A DNA stretch of 15,793 nt. Origin: Paraspadella gotoi (taxonomy: Eukaryota; Animalia; Chaetognatha). A program made the position numbers and the translations under genes. The notes under the pieces are model-generated. The model ran no database searches, was not told where the DNA came from, and was given only the letters and a program-made list of their open reading frames with translations. Shown in pieces: positions 1 to 10,649 of this stretch (its first letter is position 1; the number at the start of each line of letters is the position of its first letter). The stretch spans positions 1 to 15,793 of the forward strand of contig JBJCIZ010000566.1 in the NCBI GenBank assembly GCA_051294375.1, read 5' to 3'.

Positions 1-9
1 TAGAATAGC

Positions 10-265
10 GATGCCGACAACGAGCTCCAATCTTTTATATCAAATGTTATTTACTTACCAGGAGCAACCGACAGGGGCAGAATCCACGAACATGCAATTT
101 CCGTTTAATTTTTTTTTAGTAAGCACTTAGCAGCTAATACATTTTTTCGGCAGTTATAAATCTAGTTTCGTTCCTACTATAAATTTTCTGTAATAAATAA
201 TAAAACAAAATTATGAAGGTTTGCAGTTAAAGGTCGATCCATATCATAAGATGATTCAGCGCAAA
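10..265 (+). repeat. Degenerate direct repeat, copy 1 (partner ~2595-2925)
   Basis: Collinear shared words with 2595-2925: aatctt(t/a)tatat(c)aaatgtta, ttaccag, aaccga..gggcaga, cacgaacat, ttaattttttt, cagctaatac, actataaat(a)tttctgta, atga(a)ggtt(t/g)gcagt. Ends are approximate. Confidence 0.6.
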
Positions 266-2594
266 CAATCATGAGATATCGTAATTATACTATAAAAATA
301 AAAAATCAGAGTTCACTCCCACTTGCAATTCTCGTGACTATTAATATAGTTTAAATTAGAACAATAATTATATTCCTCTGCCGTCAGACTGGTGAGGATT
401 GAATATGCGATAAAGCCCTCTTTTACGCGTAAACGGTGGCTAATGGGTCGTTGAAATAGACATATGCTAAGTGGCAAATATTCCTATTGATGTTTGAGAA
501 AGTGCAAAAGATAAATTTACAAACATATTAATTCCGGGGTTATTATTGAGGCAATCTTTAAATATAATGGCAACTAATTAAGATTAGGCCTACCTCTAAA
601 AAATACCCCCTTCCCTACACCCCTCCCGAAAAAAAGTTTCTTTCCTTGTATCTATTGTATACTGAGATTTTTGGCCACAACATTCGTTAAATTTCATTAA
701 AAAAAAAAAACACTAAGTGCTCTGTTCATTATTATCTTTAACGATTATTTGTGTTGTCTTAAGTAGAAACAGTATTACTTTTGAACAAATAATCGAAAGG
801 TTTTGGAGATTTAGCCCAAAATCATATGACCCAAACTTGTTTGTCCAAAATAGAGTTTCATTTGTAATGGCATAGCAGAGTTAAGAAAACTCGGGTAAAA
901 ATAATGCACGAGAACTTCGAAACAGGCCATGTATGGACCTAATTAAATTCTCGGTAATTTTTATATACTTTTTAGAGAGAGTTTATTAAATCCCTGACCT
1001 TATTTCAAGATCACTTATGTTCAAAATGGTTATTTGCATCTTTCTATTCACGAATCAGATTCAGGGCATGAATCTTATTCATATGTTAAAAAAGAGTGGT
1101 ATTATTTTGTCTGAGGTAGATGCTCAGAATATTCTTTTTAATATGTAAAGTATCAATAAAAGTTATAACACAGGCTCTGGGTAAACCCTTTCGCTTGTGA
1201 GTCAAATTATCATTTTTATTCATATCCTCCTCTTTGAGTGTTGTATATTACAGCTGGGTTTCAGCATCTTAGTGCTAGAATATTATATTTATTAGTTAGA
1301 GGATTTTGATGTAGATATTTGCCAATTCATCACAATTATGAATAGGCATCCTCGGAAGCCTGATTTAGGACCTTCATTAGAGGGATTCACTTTTTCATTG
1401 CTTGCCAATAGATAATTTTTTGCCCCATGACAATCTGATTAAAATAATCAATGTCAGTAGATATACCATATTTTTTACATTGATGGTAGTACCTCTTGAT
1501 ACCGAAAGAGGATGAAAACAGTTAGGAAGTCACTCTTTTGGAAGTATCTTGTATTTTGTGTTTGCATTAATCAGGTATTATAGCCTGATTAAGTATAATT
1601 TCTTTTTACCAGACATCGCTCGGGAGGTCATAAATTACGTGAATTAAAAACTTATTTACCGGTCAGAGAATATATTTAACAATGAAATTAACTGACTTTT
1701 TTCAAACCGGCGACAATTTTTTTTCCATCATGGAATTAAATCAAATATAAACAAACTCCATTAGCGAGATTTAGATCTCGGGACCTTTGAAATGACAATG
1801 AGGTGTTTAAGTGGCATACGACAAACAGCAGATAAGATAAGTCTTGGAATATCTAACATCTTAAGTAGGCATGTTACTTAAAAACTATAAACAAATGAAA
1901 CCATGAGAACTATTCACAGTCCATATAGCACTAGGCTATCTCAACACACACGGTTTTCACTGTTAACTTGATTTTTCATTTATTCTCTTGTTCAAAGGAT
2001 GGAAAATTGAGCAGTTGGACATCATGGAAAACAAATAAGCTTTTAGCAATAATTTATGAATTGTTAATTTTGTTGATTTTTTTAAATTTTTAACTATTTA
2101 ATTTGTACATATATACGATATACCTATGAGCTGTTTGCTGCTAAAGCATCTGAAATATCTATATGCTTTGTTTTATTAGGACATTTAAATCATTAACTAA
2201 GCAATTGGTTAGAAGACAATTTTATTGATGAGAGAGCTTCTACATTACTCAGTGACCTAATGTGACGCGATTTAACGAAGCCGCCCGTTTCCAGGTACAT
2301 TAGACACGCCTATAACTCTGCATAAGCTGACGCTCGTGGTAGACGCTATTTCCGACTCATAATCGGTTGATCGCCAACATTAGCTCGATACGCAGATGTT
2401 CGCGCGGAAGAGCACGCTATCCACGAGATCAAGAAAAGAAAAGAGTGCAGTAACAGCTTTTCTCTTTAGCTGTAGCAGTTTAGCAATTGTAACAAAGATG
2501 AACAACCGGAGTTCAACCCCGTGGTCGCGAAAATGCCATCCGTTTTAATTTACATCTAGCCCAAATAACCAATATAAGAGAATTTAAGCAGTTA

Positions 2595-2925
2595 TTGCCA
2601 TGACAAAGAGCGTCTCATAATCTTATATATAAATGTTAATTTTACATTTACCAGTGATTGCCGGAACCGAGAAGGGCAGATCGCACGAACATCAAATACG
2701 TATTAATTTTTTTCTCTAGTATGAACAGTTCTCATTGGGTAGCACAGCTAATACCATAGCTATTGGTTTATCATAGCTGCAGATTACTAAATAACTAATG
2801 TTCGTTTGGGAGAGGGTCCTAAAACTATAAATATTTCTGTATAAGGAGGAGTGGAAACAAACAGAAATGTAATGAGGTTGGCAGTATGGTACTGTATTTC
2901 ATACTAATGTGCATTCACGCCAAGG
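2595..2925 (+). repeat. Degenerate direct repeat, copy 2 (insertion-rich relative to copy 1)
   Basis: Same ordered motifs as 10-265, with many extra bases between them. Confidence 0.6.
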
Positions 2926-4350
2926 ACGAGAGGACTAAAATATGAATTAATACGAAGGTACGTCTTAACAGGCACAAAAAAAAAACATTAAAATAAATAT
3001 TTTCTTGGCAGTTAGCGGCATCCTATATAATTGTTTAAAAATATTTACAGAACCGAATTCGATAAAACACAAATAGAAATCAAACATTTATAAGGTATAT
3101 CAAACTTTAAATCTTCGGCCCGGTTTCAATTCTATTCCATTTCGGCGTAATGTTTTAATAAAATTTTCGTATAATTCCCAAATCCTAGATATTTCTGATG
3201 ATGCACATTTGTTTAAGTTTTGCGACCAATTAAAATCGTTAATTCATTGCGGTCGTAAAATAGTTACACAATATCTGTAGAACAAGAGGTTATCAATACA
3301 AGGGTAGGAACTGAAAACAAAATCTTGATAATAATATCACCCGGGATTAGATCAGTCTGCCGCCAGTGCTCTACCATATTGAAATAGTATAAATAACAGT
3401 TATATTAGTAATTTTGCTGTCTCGTTAAAAGAGACGTTCTCAGGGGCCTATGTCGCTAAAGATTATTTATATCCCGATGGAGTTATTATAAATTGTCATA
3501 GTACTTTCGAACAAGCCGTATTACTAGCATTTCTGAGTAATAGACAGAATTTAGTTCCTGGACAATAAATTGAGAGGATAAGAAACAAACGGAGTAGGGC
3601 TTTTGAGCGGAGAAAGCAGGTTAGACGCTTTAAGCAGAATAACGTGCGTCTAACAGGCATACAGGGTGAGGTATTTGTGAGATATATTTATAGCTTCGTT
3701 GCACACCTCGATTCACTCACAATCATACGGAGTTCAGCAGCACCAATAGATTTGTTTAATTTTTCATTTATTTGCGCAACCACATTCAATCTTAGGCAAG
3801 GGAGGTAAGGCATCTGTATTATTCACCAGGGAGCTGTGTACGAAACAACATTCTTCGGGCAATATAGTCTATGAGGATAAACACTTTTTGGATGGTACGC
3901 GTTCGTTTTTTTCTTTCAATATTGGTCGAGATCGCGGCCGTTCTGTACAGATTTCCATTGATATTTCCGTCTGGAAGAAAAACACTCGGGAACACTAATG
4001 TTGGGTGGTCGTCTCTAGACACGGCGTCACACTGGACCATAAAAATAAGGCGCCCCCTACAATTTGGAATAAAAGGGAGGATCAACACAATAGTGGAAAT
4101 ATTTATCATATATTTTGTCCTTCGAATGTGAGGATGTTTTCGAGTCAGCAAAGGCACAGTCCTCATATTTCTTATTGGGCGAGACAATGCTCAGAATAAG
4201 AGTCTTGCCTTAGTCCTCAGTCGGGGAGTCGAGTCGTCCTTCGTCGGCGTGGCAGAAAATGTGACCTTGTGTTTCCGACCGCCGAACATTGCCTGAGGGT
4301 CAAAAAGAAATTTTCATTTTGTCAAAATTTTTTTTGTAGAAATACTTAAT

Positions 4351-4622
4351 TTATGGCAACAAGCCGGGTTGCCTGTGGATGCCCATTTGGGATGGGGCAT
4401 TCAACTGTTGGCTTTGGGGGCTTCCGAACCGCTCAGTGACGCCTCCAGTCACTCGGCGGCGGTTACCCTAGGACGTCTCCGCTTTTGCCCAGACGCAGAA
4501 GGTAAGTTGCGTTAGGACTGTGTGGATGGAAACAACTACGCCTGTGGATGGTGTGTTCCCTCCTGAGGCAATGGATTTGCTGAAAGGACGGTTGGAACGT
4601 GAGGCCGGTGTGAATATACCAC
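4351..4622 (+). repeat. Direct repeat A, copy 1
   Basis: ttatggcaacaagccgggttgcc...gtgtgaatataccac; aligns to 4866-5120, mostly with 1-nt indels. Confidence 0.9.
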
Positions 4623-4724
4623 TTACAGGATCCCCGGGCCAAAGACATCAGCTCAGGTTTCGTCAAGCCTGAGAGGTGTTGACAAGACTGTTACCATAGT
4701 GGAGAAGAGAGAGGCGAGTTTGTG

Positions 4725-4827
4725 GGGGCATAGGCGTTTGTCGTAGCGTACCCCGGGCATAGGCTTTTGGTAGTAGCGTAGCGCCGAAGTCGGCAAGGGC
4801 ATAGGCGTTATGTCGTAGCGTAACCCT
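4725..4827 (+). repeat. Three copies of a ~27-nt motif gggcataggc(N6-7)gtagcgta
   Basis: 4725-4754 ggggcataggcgtttgtcgtagcgtacccc; 4755-4780 gggcataggcttttggtagtagcgta; 4796-4827 agggcataggcgttatgtcgtagcgtaaccct. Confidence 0.85.
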
Positions 4828-4865
4828 GAGAAGGTTTGCGTGTTTCGAATCGTAGGGCTACCCAC

Positions 4866-5120
4866 TTATGGCAACAGCCGGGTTGCCTGTGATGCCCCAT
4901 TGGATGGGGCATCTCACTGTTGGTCTTTGGGGGCTTCGACCCTCAAGTGACGCCTCCAGTCACTGGCTCGGTACCCTAGGACGGTCCCTCGCTTTTTGCC
5001 AACGCAGAGGAAGTCGTAAGTGACTGTGATGGAACACTACGCCTGGGATGGTGTGTTCGCCTCTGAGCCAATGGATTTGGCTGAAGGAACGGTGGACGTG
5101 AGGGGTGTGAACTATACCAC
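4866..5120 (+). repeat. Direct repeat A, copy 2
   Basis: ttatggcaacagccgggttgcc...gtgtgaactataccac. Confidence 0.9.
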
Positions 5121-5165
5121 CACAAATTCTACTTTCTTATAATTTTAATACAAGTTACACATAAT

Positions 5166-7337
5166 TCAGACGTTTGACTTAATCTTACAACGAAACCTGG
5201 TGTATTGTTGCTGTTGTTGCAACGCCGAGGCGTTGCGCCCGTCTAACTCTTTTAAGCTTCTCATACCTTTATCACGATAAAAGATACCGTTTCCATCGTC
5301 GCAAATGTAAAAGCGGCCATACGTTTAACGATTTTACGTTTGGTGATCCAATCCAGCTCAGAATCTTTCGAGAAAAAAAAATATTAGAAATTTAGTATTA
5401 GTATTTGAGAACAAGAAGACATCCAAAGATTTAACTTAACCGACAAATCGTACCAATGTCAAAGGAATTGACGTCGCTACGGAAAGGTTCCCCGCCCTTT
5501 GGGCGAAAAGAGATCGCTGTGAAGTGGGATGCCGGAGAACGTCAGCGATAGAGACCGTAGTTCATCCACCGATGAATGCAAAAAGAATGAACCTCCTGGA
5601 AGGCGTCAAAGCAAAGGGCAGAGGGAACCCATCGACGAATGAAAAACAGCCACGAAGTGTTCGAAACGCATCAATAGCTTGAGGTTCTGAAAGCAACAAA
5701 AAAAGGGGTTATCTTAACTTTTTCTTATTATTCTTAAAGTTAATTCTAAACAACGACAAAATTTTTTGTGTTGACAATACTAATCATTTTCTGTAGTTAG
5801 CACGCAATCCGATTTGATTTAAATTAAATTCATTCATTAAAATTAACTGACTACTTTTGACCATCTCCGTAATTCGCGGACTCTAGCTCACTCAAACTAA
5901 TACCAGGCACTACCTCTGCAGTATCCTAAATAGGCTTAACAATTCAGTATTTGCAAAAAACCTCCCAGTTTGGCAAAATATTGGGATGTCGGTCGTCATA
6001 AGCAGACCTTTTTCGTGCTTAGAAAAATAGTGAGGGCTGGATTTTTTTGGCCGGGGATTTTTCCAAGCTCTTTTTCGCAGCGACGAAGACGGCGGGAGTC
6101 AGATCGCCGATAGCTTTTGGTCCCGAGTTGCAGCGCTCGACGCGTTCCGCGAGAACGACCGCTTAGCCTCGAGGAACGGTCATTCTCTTTGGCAAAGACT
6201 AAGTCGAATATGAAATTAGGCAATTCGTTCTCAGTTGCGACCGTCGAGTTTTCTCAGGAATATATTAAACTCCATGAACATACATACAGCATTACAGTTT
6301 CGCAAAGTGGAATCTTCGGCGTTCGTTGGTTGGGTCAAGAGTGCCAGAAGATAACGCTTTAACGGGTATTCACCCTTGCGCAGCGGCGCGACCATATTTG
6401 ATCGTCATAAACGGCCCGTCATCGCTGAAGGCTGTCAGGTCTCCTGAGCGCGTCGACTATCAAACTCTTGCTGATTCGGGTAAGACGCGGAAAACCTGTT
6501 AGATTCATAAATTTGTTAATTCTAAATACAACCAGTGACCATTAACATTTTAAAAATAGATATTATAAAAGCAAAATATTATCTTTATATATAAATTGAT
6601 AATTGACTTTGTTTGAGTTCATAATAAGCTTAAACAAGGAGCAAATTCGAGCTTTTCAATCAAAGAAATAAAGGAAAATTTGTAAACGCTGGAATTCATG
6701 GCTCTGTTAAGCCAATCATTATGCGTCACCAATTTGTGCAAATATGAGTATTCACAAGGCACTTATAATTTTTTAAAGATATATACCTTGCCTAACTTTT
6801 TAGCCCCGGGCCTCAAAAAGATATTTTTTAAATTAGCAGAATCGAAAAAATATATCACAGAATACAATTTTATAAAGGCTTCAGGCAATATCAAATATAT
6901 ATTGCTTTGTTTTCTTTATAAATTTTAGAATCGGGTCCCTAACGTAAGATTAAATTTTTATTAATCTAACATAATAACCTATGAGAGGGTTAGATCATTT
7001 CAACAATCTTTTATCTTTCACCTGTTTAAGTAAAAGTAAACAAAAGGGACATTTTAATTTTAAAATTAAAACGTAATATTTTTGTCTTAAATCCTTTAAA
7101 AAAATTTTAAAATCTCTTTACGTTTTCGTTAACGGCAGGTTTTCGAATGATCCACCTTGTATATGTGGAAATTAAGATCAGATAAAAATTTAAAAGGTCG
7201 TCTTACTTTAATTGTCTGTGGAAGTTCCAAAGCCAAGGTTCTAATCTCTTTTGAAAGTTCCAAGAGTTATTCTTTTGTCGACTTCGACGTAACAGAACAT
7301 TCTGGGCGTCATCTCCGGAATTCGAATCAGTTTGCGA
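5166..7337 (-). pseudogene. Multi-exon gene or pseudogene of unknown product (frameshifted as given); predicted exons ~7337-7207, ~6495-6008, 5686-5441, ~5363-5166
   Basis: GC-richer blocks bounded by minus-strand splice signals: ttttttttatag|7337, 7207|gtaag, ctaacag|6495, ttgttgctttcag|5686, 5441|gttaag. Last block reads ...LDGRNASALQQQQQYTRFRCKIKSNV* with TGA at 5168-5166. Continuous reading needs several frameshifts. Confidence 0.5.
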
Positions 7338-7449
7338 CTATAAAAAAAATGTGAAAGTTTCAGTGATTTTCGCCAGACGTTCAATCAAAGAATATTTATG
7401 AAAAGATCTTAAAAGCGCAATGATCCATTCGGCTCAATAATTTATCAAA

Positions 7450-8270
7450 AAATGATAATGAATGATTGATGTGATGATGACAAAATTTTTTTATTGATGC
7501 GATAATTAATGATTGATTGATGTAATGAATAACAAAATGATTGATTGATGTTATGATAACAAATGATATTAATGTTATGATAAACAAATGATTAATTAAT
7601 GTTTATGATAACAAATTATTGATTAATGTAATGATAGACAATTAATCTGATTGATGTAATGATAACGAAAATTAATGCAATGATAATGATTGATTAATAG
7701 ATGCAATGATAACAAATTATTGATGCGATGATAAAAATTGTTTTGATGTGATGATAACATAATTGTTGATGGCAACGATAACATTGGTTGATGCAACGAT
7801 AATGAAATTGTTGATGCAACGATAATGAATTTGTTGATGCAACGAATAAATGAATTGGTTGATGCAGTGATAATGAATTGTTTGATGGCAATGATAATGA
7901 TAGTTGATGCAATGATAATGAATAGTTGATGCAATGATAATGAATAGTTGATGCAATGATAAATGAATAGTTGTATGCAATGATAATGAATAGTTGATGC
8001 AATGATCATGAATTGTTGATGCAATGATAATGAATTGGTTGATGAGGCAATGAAATGAATTGTTGATGCAATGATAATGAATTGTTGATTGCAATGATAA
8101 TGAATTGTTGAATGCAATGATATGAATTGGTTGATGCAATGATAATGAGAATTGCTGATAGCGATGATATGAATTGCTGATGGCGATGATATGAAATTGG
8201 CTGATGCGATGAATAATGAATTGTTGATACGATGATTAGAAATTATTGATGTGATAATAAGGAATTGTGA
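7450..8270. repeat. Minisatellite, ~22-bp unit gttgatgcaatgataatgaat(a/t), roughly 35-38 degenerate copies
   Basis: Exact 22-nt period seen at 7901/7923/7945; units degenerate towards both edges. Confidence 0.92.
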
Positions 8271-9137
8271 GAAAATGTATTCAAAAATGAAAGAAATTAA
8301 AATGAATTGAATGAAATGAATGAATGAATTAATTTAAATTTAATAAATGGAAGACTGAGATAAATAAATTGCATTGAGTAAATAAATTTAAAAGTATTCA
8401 GTAGCGCAAGTATGAAATTAATTAAATTGAACGAATTAAAAAATTTAATTTAATTAAATATGTAGAATTTAAATGTGAGAATGTGAGAAAGATAAAGAGA
8501 AAAAGAAGAGAGAACGAAGGGAAGCGAGATACAAAAACATGAGTTTAATCCTGATGACAATTTTTTTAAAATAAAAAATAAACAAGTTTGAGCAAAACAA
8601 TAATGATTCTGGCAACGATGTCATTACACAGGTAATTAATTAATTAATTTTAATCCGACATTTGTTTGTTTTTAACAACAAAAGGCAACGACGACAATGA
8701 TAGCGACGACGACAATAATGCCGATAACGATTAATTGATTATTAATTATTGATTAAATAAATTTATTGAAATTAATTAATAGATTTAAATAAATTTATTG
8801 ATTGACTAATATAATTAATTATTGATGAATTAAATTGAATGAAATTAATCAACCGTAAATTATTCTTATTATTAATAAATCTTTGATAAATAGACATTGT
8901 TGTAAATTTTCATCTTTTCCGTTGTTGTATTTGATCGTGGATTTCAAAAACTGAAAGTTTTATTAGTTTTTAACAACGATTTATTAATCGATATTACTCG
9001 TGTTTAATAAATCGTTTGTAAAATTAATAAACTTTCGTTATCGAATCCGTTAATATAATTATATAAAATGAAGCAATAATCAATTAGTGAAACCAGGCTT
9101 TTTGTTTTTTCAATTTAAATTAATTTCCCCTCGTCTG

Positions 9138-9365
9138 CGGATGATTCCATCGAAACTTGATTTCGCAGCTTAAAGACACACTTTCCTACACACATCAAAA
9201 TTTCCAAGTCAATCGCCCCATGCAGTATTGGCGTTTAAATAGTGAAAATAGATTTTTGTTTTTAACCATTTAATCTGCATTTGTCATTCGGAAGATCTCC
9301 ATCGAAAACTTGATTTCCAGCTCAATACTAGCCACGATCAAAATATACAAGTCAATTCGTCCCAT
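9138..9365 (+). repeat. Pair of ~80-bp imperfect direct repeats (9138-9221 and 9289-9365)
   Basis: cgga(t/a)gat(c)tccatcgaaa(a)cttgatttc(g)cagct...atcaaaat...caagtcaat(t)cg(c/t)cccat occurs twice, ~150 bp apart. Confidence 0.75.
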
Positions 9366-9372
9366 ATACTCA

Positions 9373-9624
9373 TGAGTAATCCAAAATTCGAATGCGAATA
9401 TCAGATTCTTCGATCGGTCCGCCTTCGCCGACGAATGCTCTTTGTCACGGCTAGTCCAGGATATATGCGCATGTTTATCAAGAGAAAAAACGAAGTAAAA
9501 CAAAGACAAAACCGAAAGAAAAAACTGTAACAAAAAGTCGGCGGCCGATCCGCCGACAATTCAGCGCGCCGCCCTGGAGCGGGAGCAGTCTCTTCGAACT
9601 CCGGGCCTACGATAATGCTTCACT
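9373..9624 (-). repeat. 3' terminal region of the DIRS element
   Basis: 9373-9434 is an imperfect inverted copy of 13772-13830. 9407-9624 is a direct copy of 15343-15576. Confidence 0.85.
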
Positions 9625-10600
9625 CGTTCCCTAGAGTCCCCGGAGTCGAACTCCACAGAGATCGCATCTCTGCAGTAAAAACGGAAGAAAAGTCCTGCGC
9701 TCACAGACCAATTTCTCCCCGCTCGAAGGATGACGCCAAGATCCCACTCCCACGCAGCGAAAAAGCCTCCGAGACGCCATCGGCCCGCGTTGAGCCAGGA
9801 CGGGCCTGAAACGTCTGCCTCCAAGAAGAGAAGCCTTGAGAATACCGCGAAGCGCTGCGTCGAGAGAGGTTAAATGGAGGATATTGGGGCGCAGAACAGG
9901 AAATCGTGCAGGCGGTTAGAAACCCAAGAACGAAACTGCCAGCCAACTCCGTAATGGCTTCCACTGGGCATCTATGAAAGATCCGGAAGGGCATCAAGCG
10001 AAAGGCGGGCCCATATGCCCGCACCCTATCAGTCTTGGGAGCTTCGAAGGGACAAAAACCGCACTGATGCGAAGCCAACGAAAGATGCCCGGCACTCGTC
10101 GCAACGAAGAGAGACAAAGCTCCGAATGGGCGCCGAGCCGAAGCTCAGGGGGCGATGAGGAAAACTGATCGGCGAAGAAGATCCCTCGGAGATCTGGAAG
10201 AGGCGCCGAGTCGCAGAATCTGAAAAACAGAAGCTTGCATTCCACGGCGGGAAGAGTCGACGGGAAGGAGGGCGCCTCTCGGAAACCCCTTGAGCAAACA
10301 GGCGAACACAGTCTGGAAGGCCCGCAACAGGCAAGGCCTCCATGGGCGGGAGGCGTTAGAAGAAACAATAGGCCGCCGATTTCGATTGAAGATTGATCGT
10401 ACTGTATAGGAAAGGCCAAGTTCGCGCAGAGTTGAGCCCAAATAGTCGAGAACGTCTTTCTACAGAGGCTGTACAGTCCTTGTACTTCCACGGTCCTGAA
10501 GGAAGGAGCGGAAGGAAGTCCCAAGCGCGAGCGAACGCTCCCTGGTGAACCTCGCCAGCTGTCAGCAATTGATGGAGAAGGTGGAATCGTCGACATCTGC
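9561..10600 (-). CDS. Tyrosine recombinase (phage-integrase family) of the DIRS element, frameshifted
   Basis: Fragments across frames: IADSWRGS (N-terminal), ARR/HSEL (catalytic Arg ~10130, needs a 1-nt shift), PKTDR (~10035), CPVEA (~9970), PGSTRA (HxxR position, 9799-9782), ILRAGRNWS, and FFRFYCR (catalytic Tyr 9677-9675). Confidence 0.85.
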
Positions 10601-10649
10601 GAGGCCGGTGGACGCCTCCTGAAATCTTCCAGATGACGAGCTTGAAGCG

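Larger units (their letters stand above)
4351..5120. mobile_element. Small non-autonomous element with ~260-bp direct repeats (A-B-A); TRIM-like, retrozyme-like or YR-element-like, class unresolved
   Basis: GC-rich island in AT-rich DNA. 4351-4622 and 4866-5120 align end to end (ttatggcaac...ataccac) around a 243-bp spacer. No credible ORF and no clear target-site duplication. Confidence 0.6.

Noticed and set aside
2270-2455. GC-richer coding-like patch (DVRAEEHAIHEIKKRKEC)
   Set aside because: Too short and interrupted to assign.
3819-4199. Short overlapping ORFs of 64-122 aa
   Set aside because: No recognisable domain or consistent exon structure; possible exon remnants cannot be supported.
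4562-4587. Hammerhead-like CTGA...hairpin...GAAA in repeat A (ctgaggcaatggatttgctgaaag)
   Set aside because: It lacks the full CUGANGA core, copy 2 reads GAAG, and I found no stems I/III with an NUH site.
4644-4665. Minus-strand gacgaaac-ctgag-ctgatgtc resembling hammerhead core pieces
   Set aside because: CUGAUGA is incomplete and only 6 nt separate GAAA from CUGA. A simple hairpin explains it.
4842-4864. gtttcgaatcgtagggctaccca as a tRNA 3' end or primer-binding site
   Set aside because: T-stem pairing and spacing to CCA are non-canonical and no 5' half is visible. It needs a search against the host tRNA set.
7396-8139. His/Ile/Asn-rich ORFs
   Set aside because: These are translations of the 22-bp minisatellite, whose unit is not a multiple of 3.
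7450-8270. CRISPR array
   Set aside because: Units are contiguous with no unique spacers, no cas genes are present, and the context is eukaryotic.
8590-8733. Possible plus-strand acidic terminal exons (cag|gtaatt ... aag|gcaacgacgac...taa)
   Set aside because: The splice phase does not join the acidic frames, the sequence is low complexity, and no upstream gene is evident.
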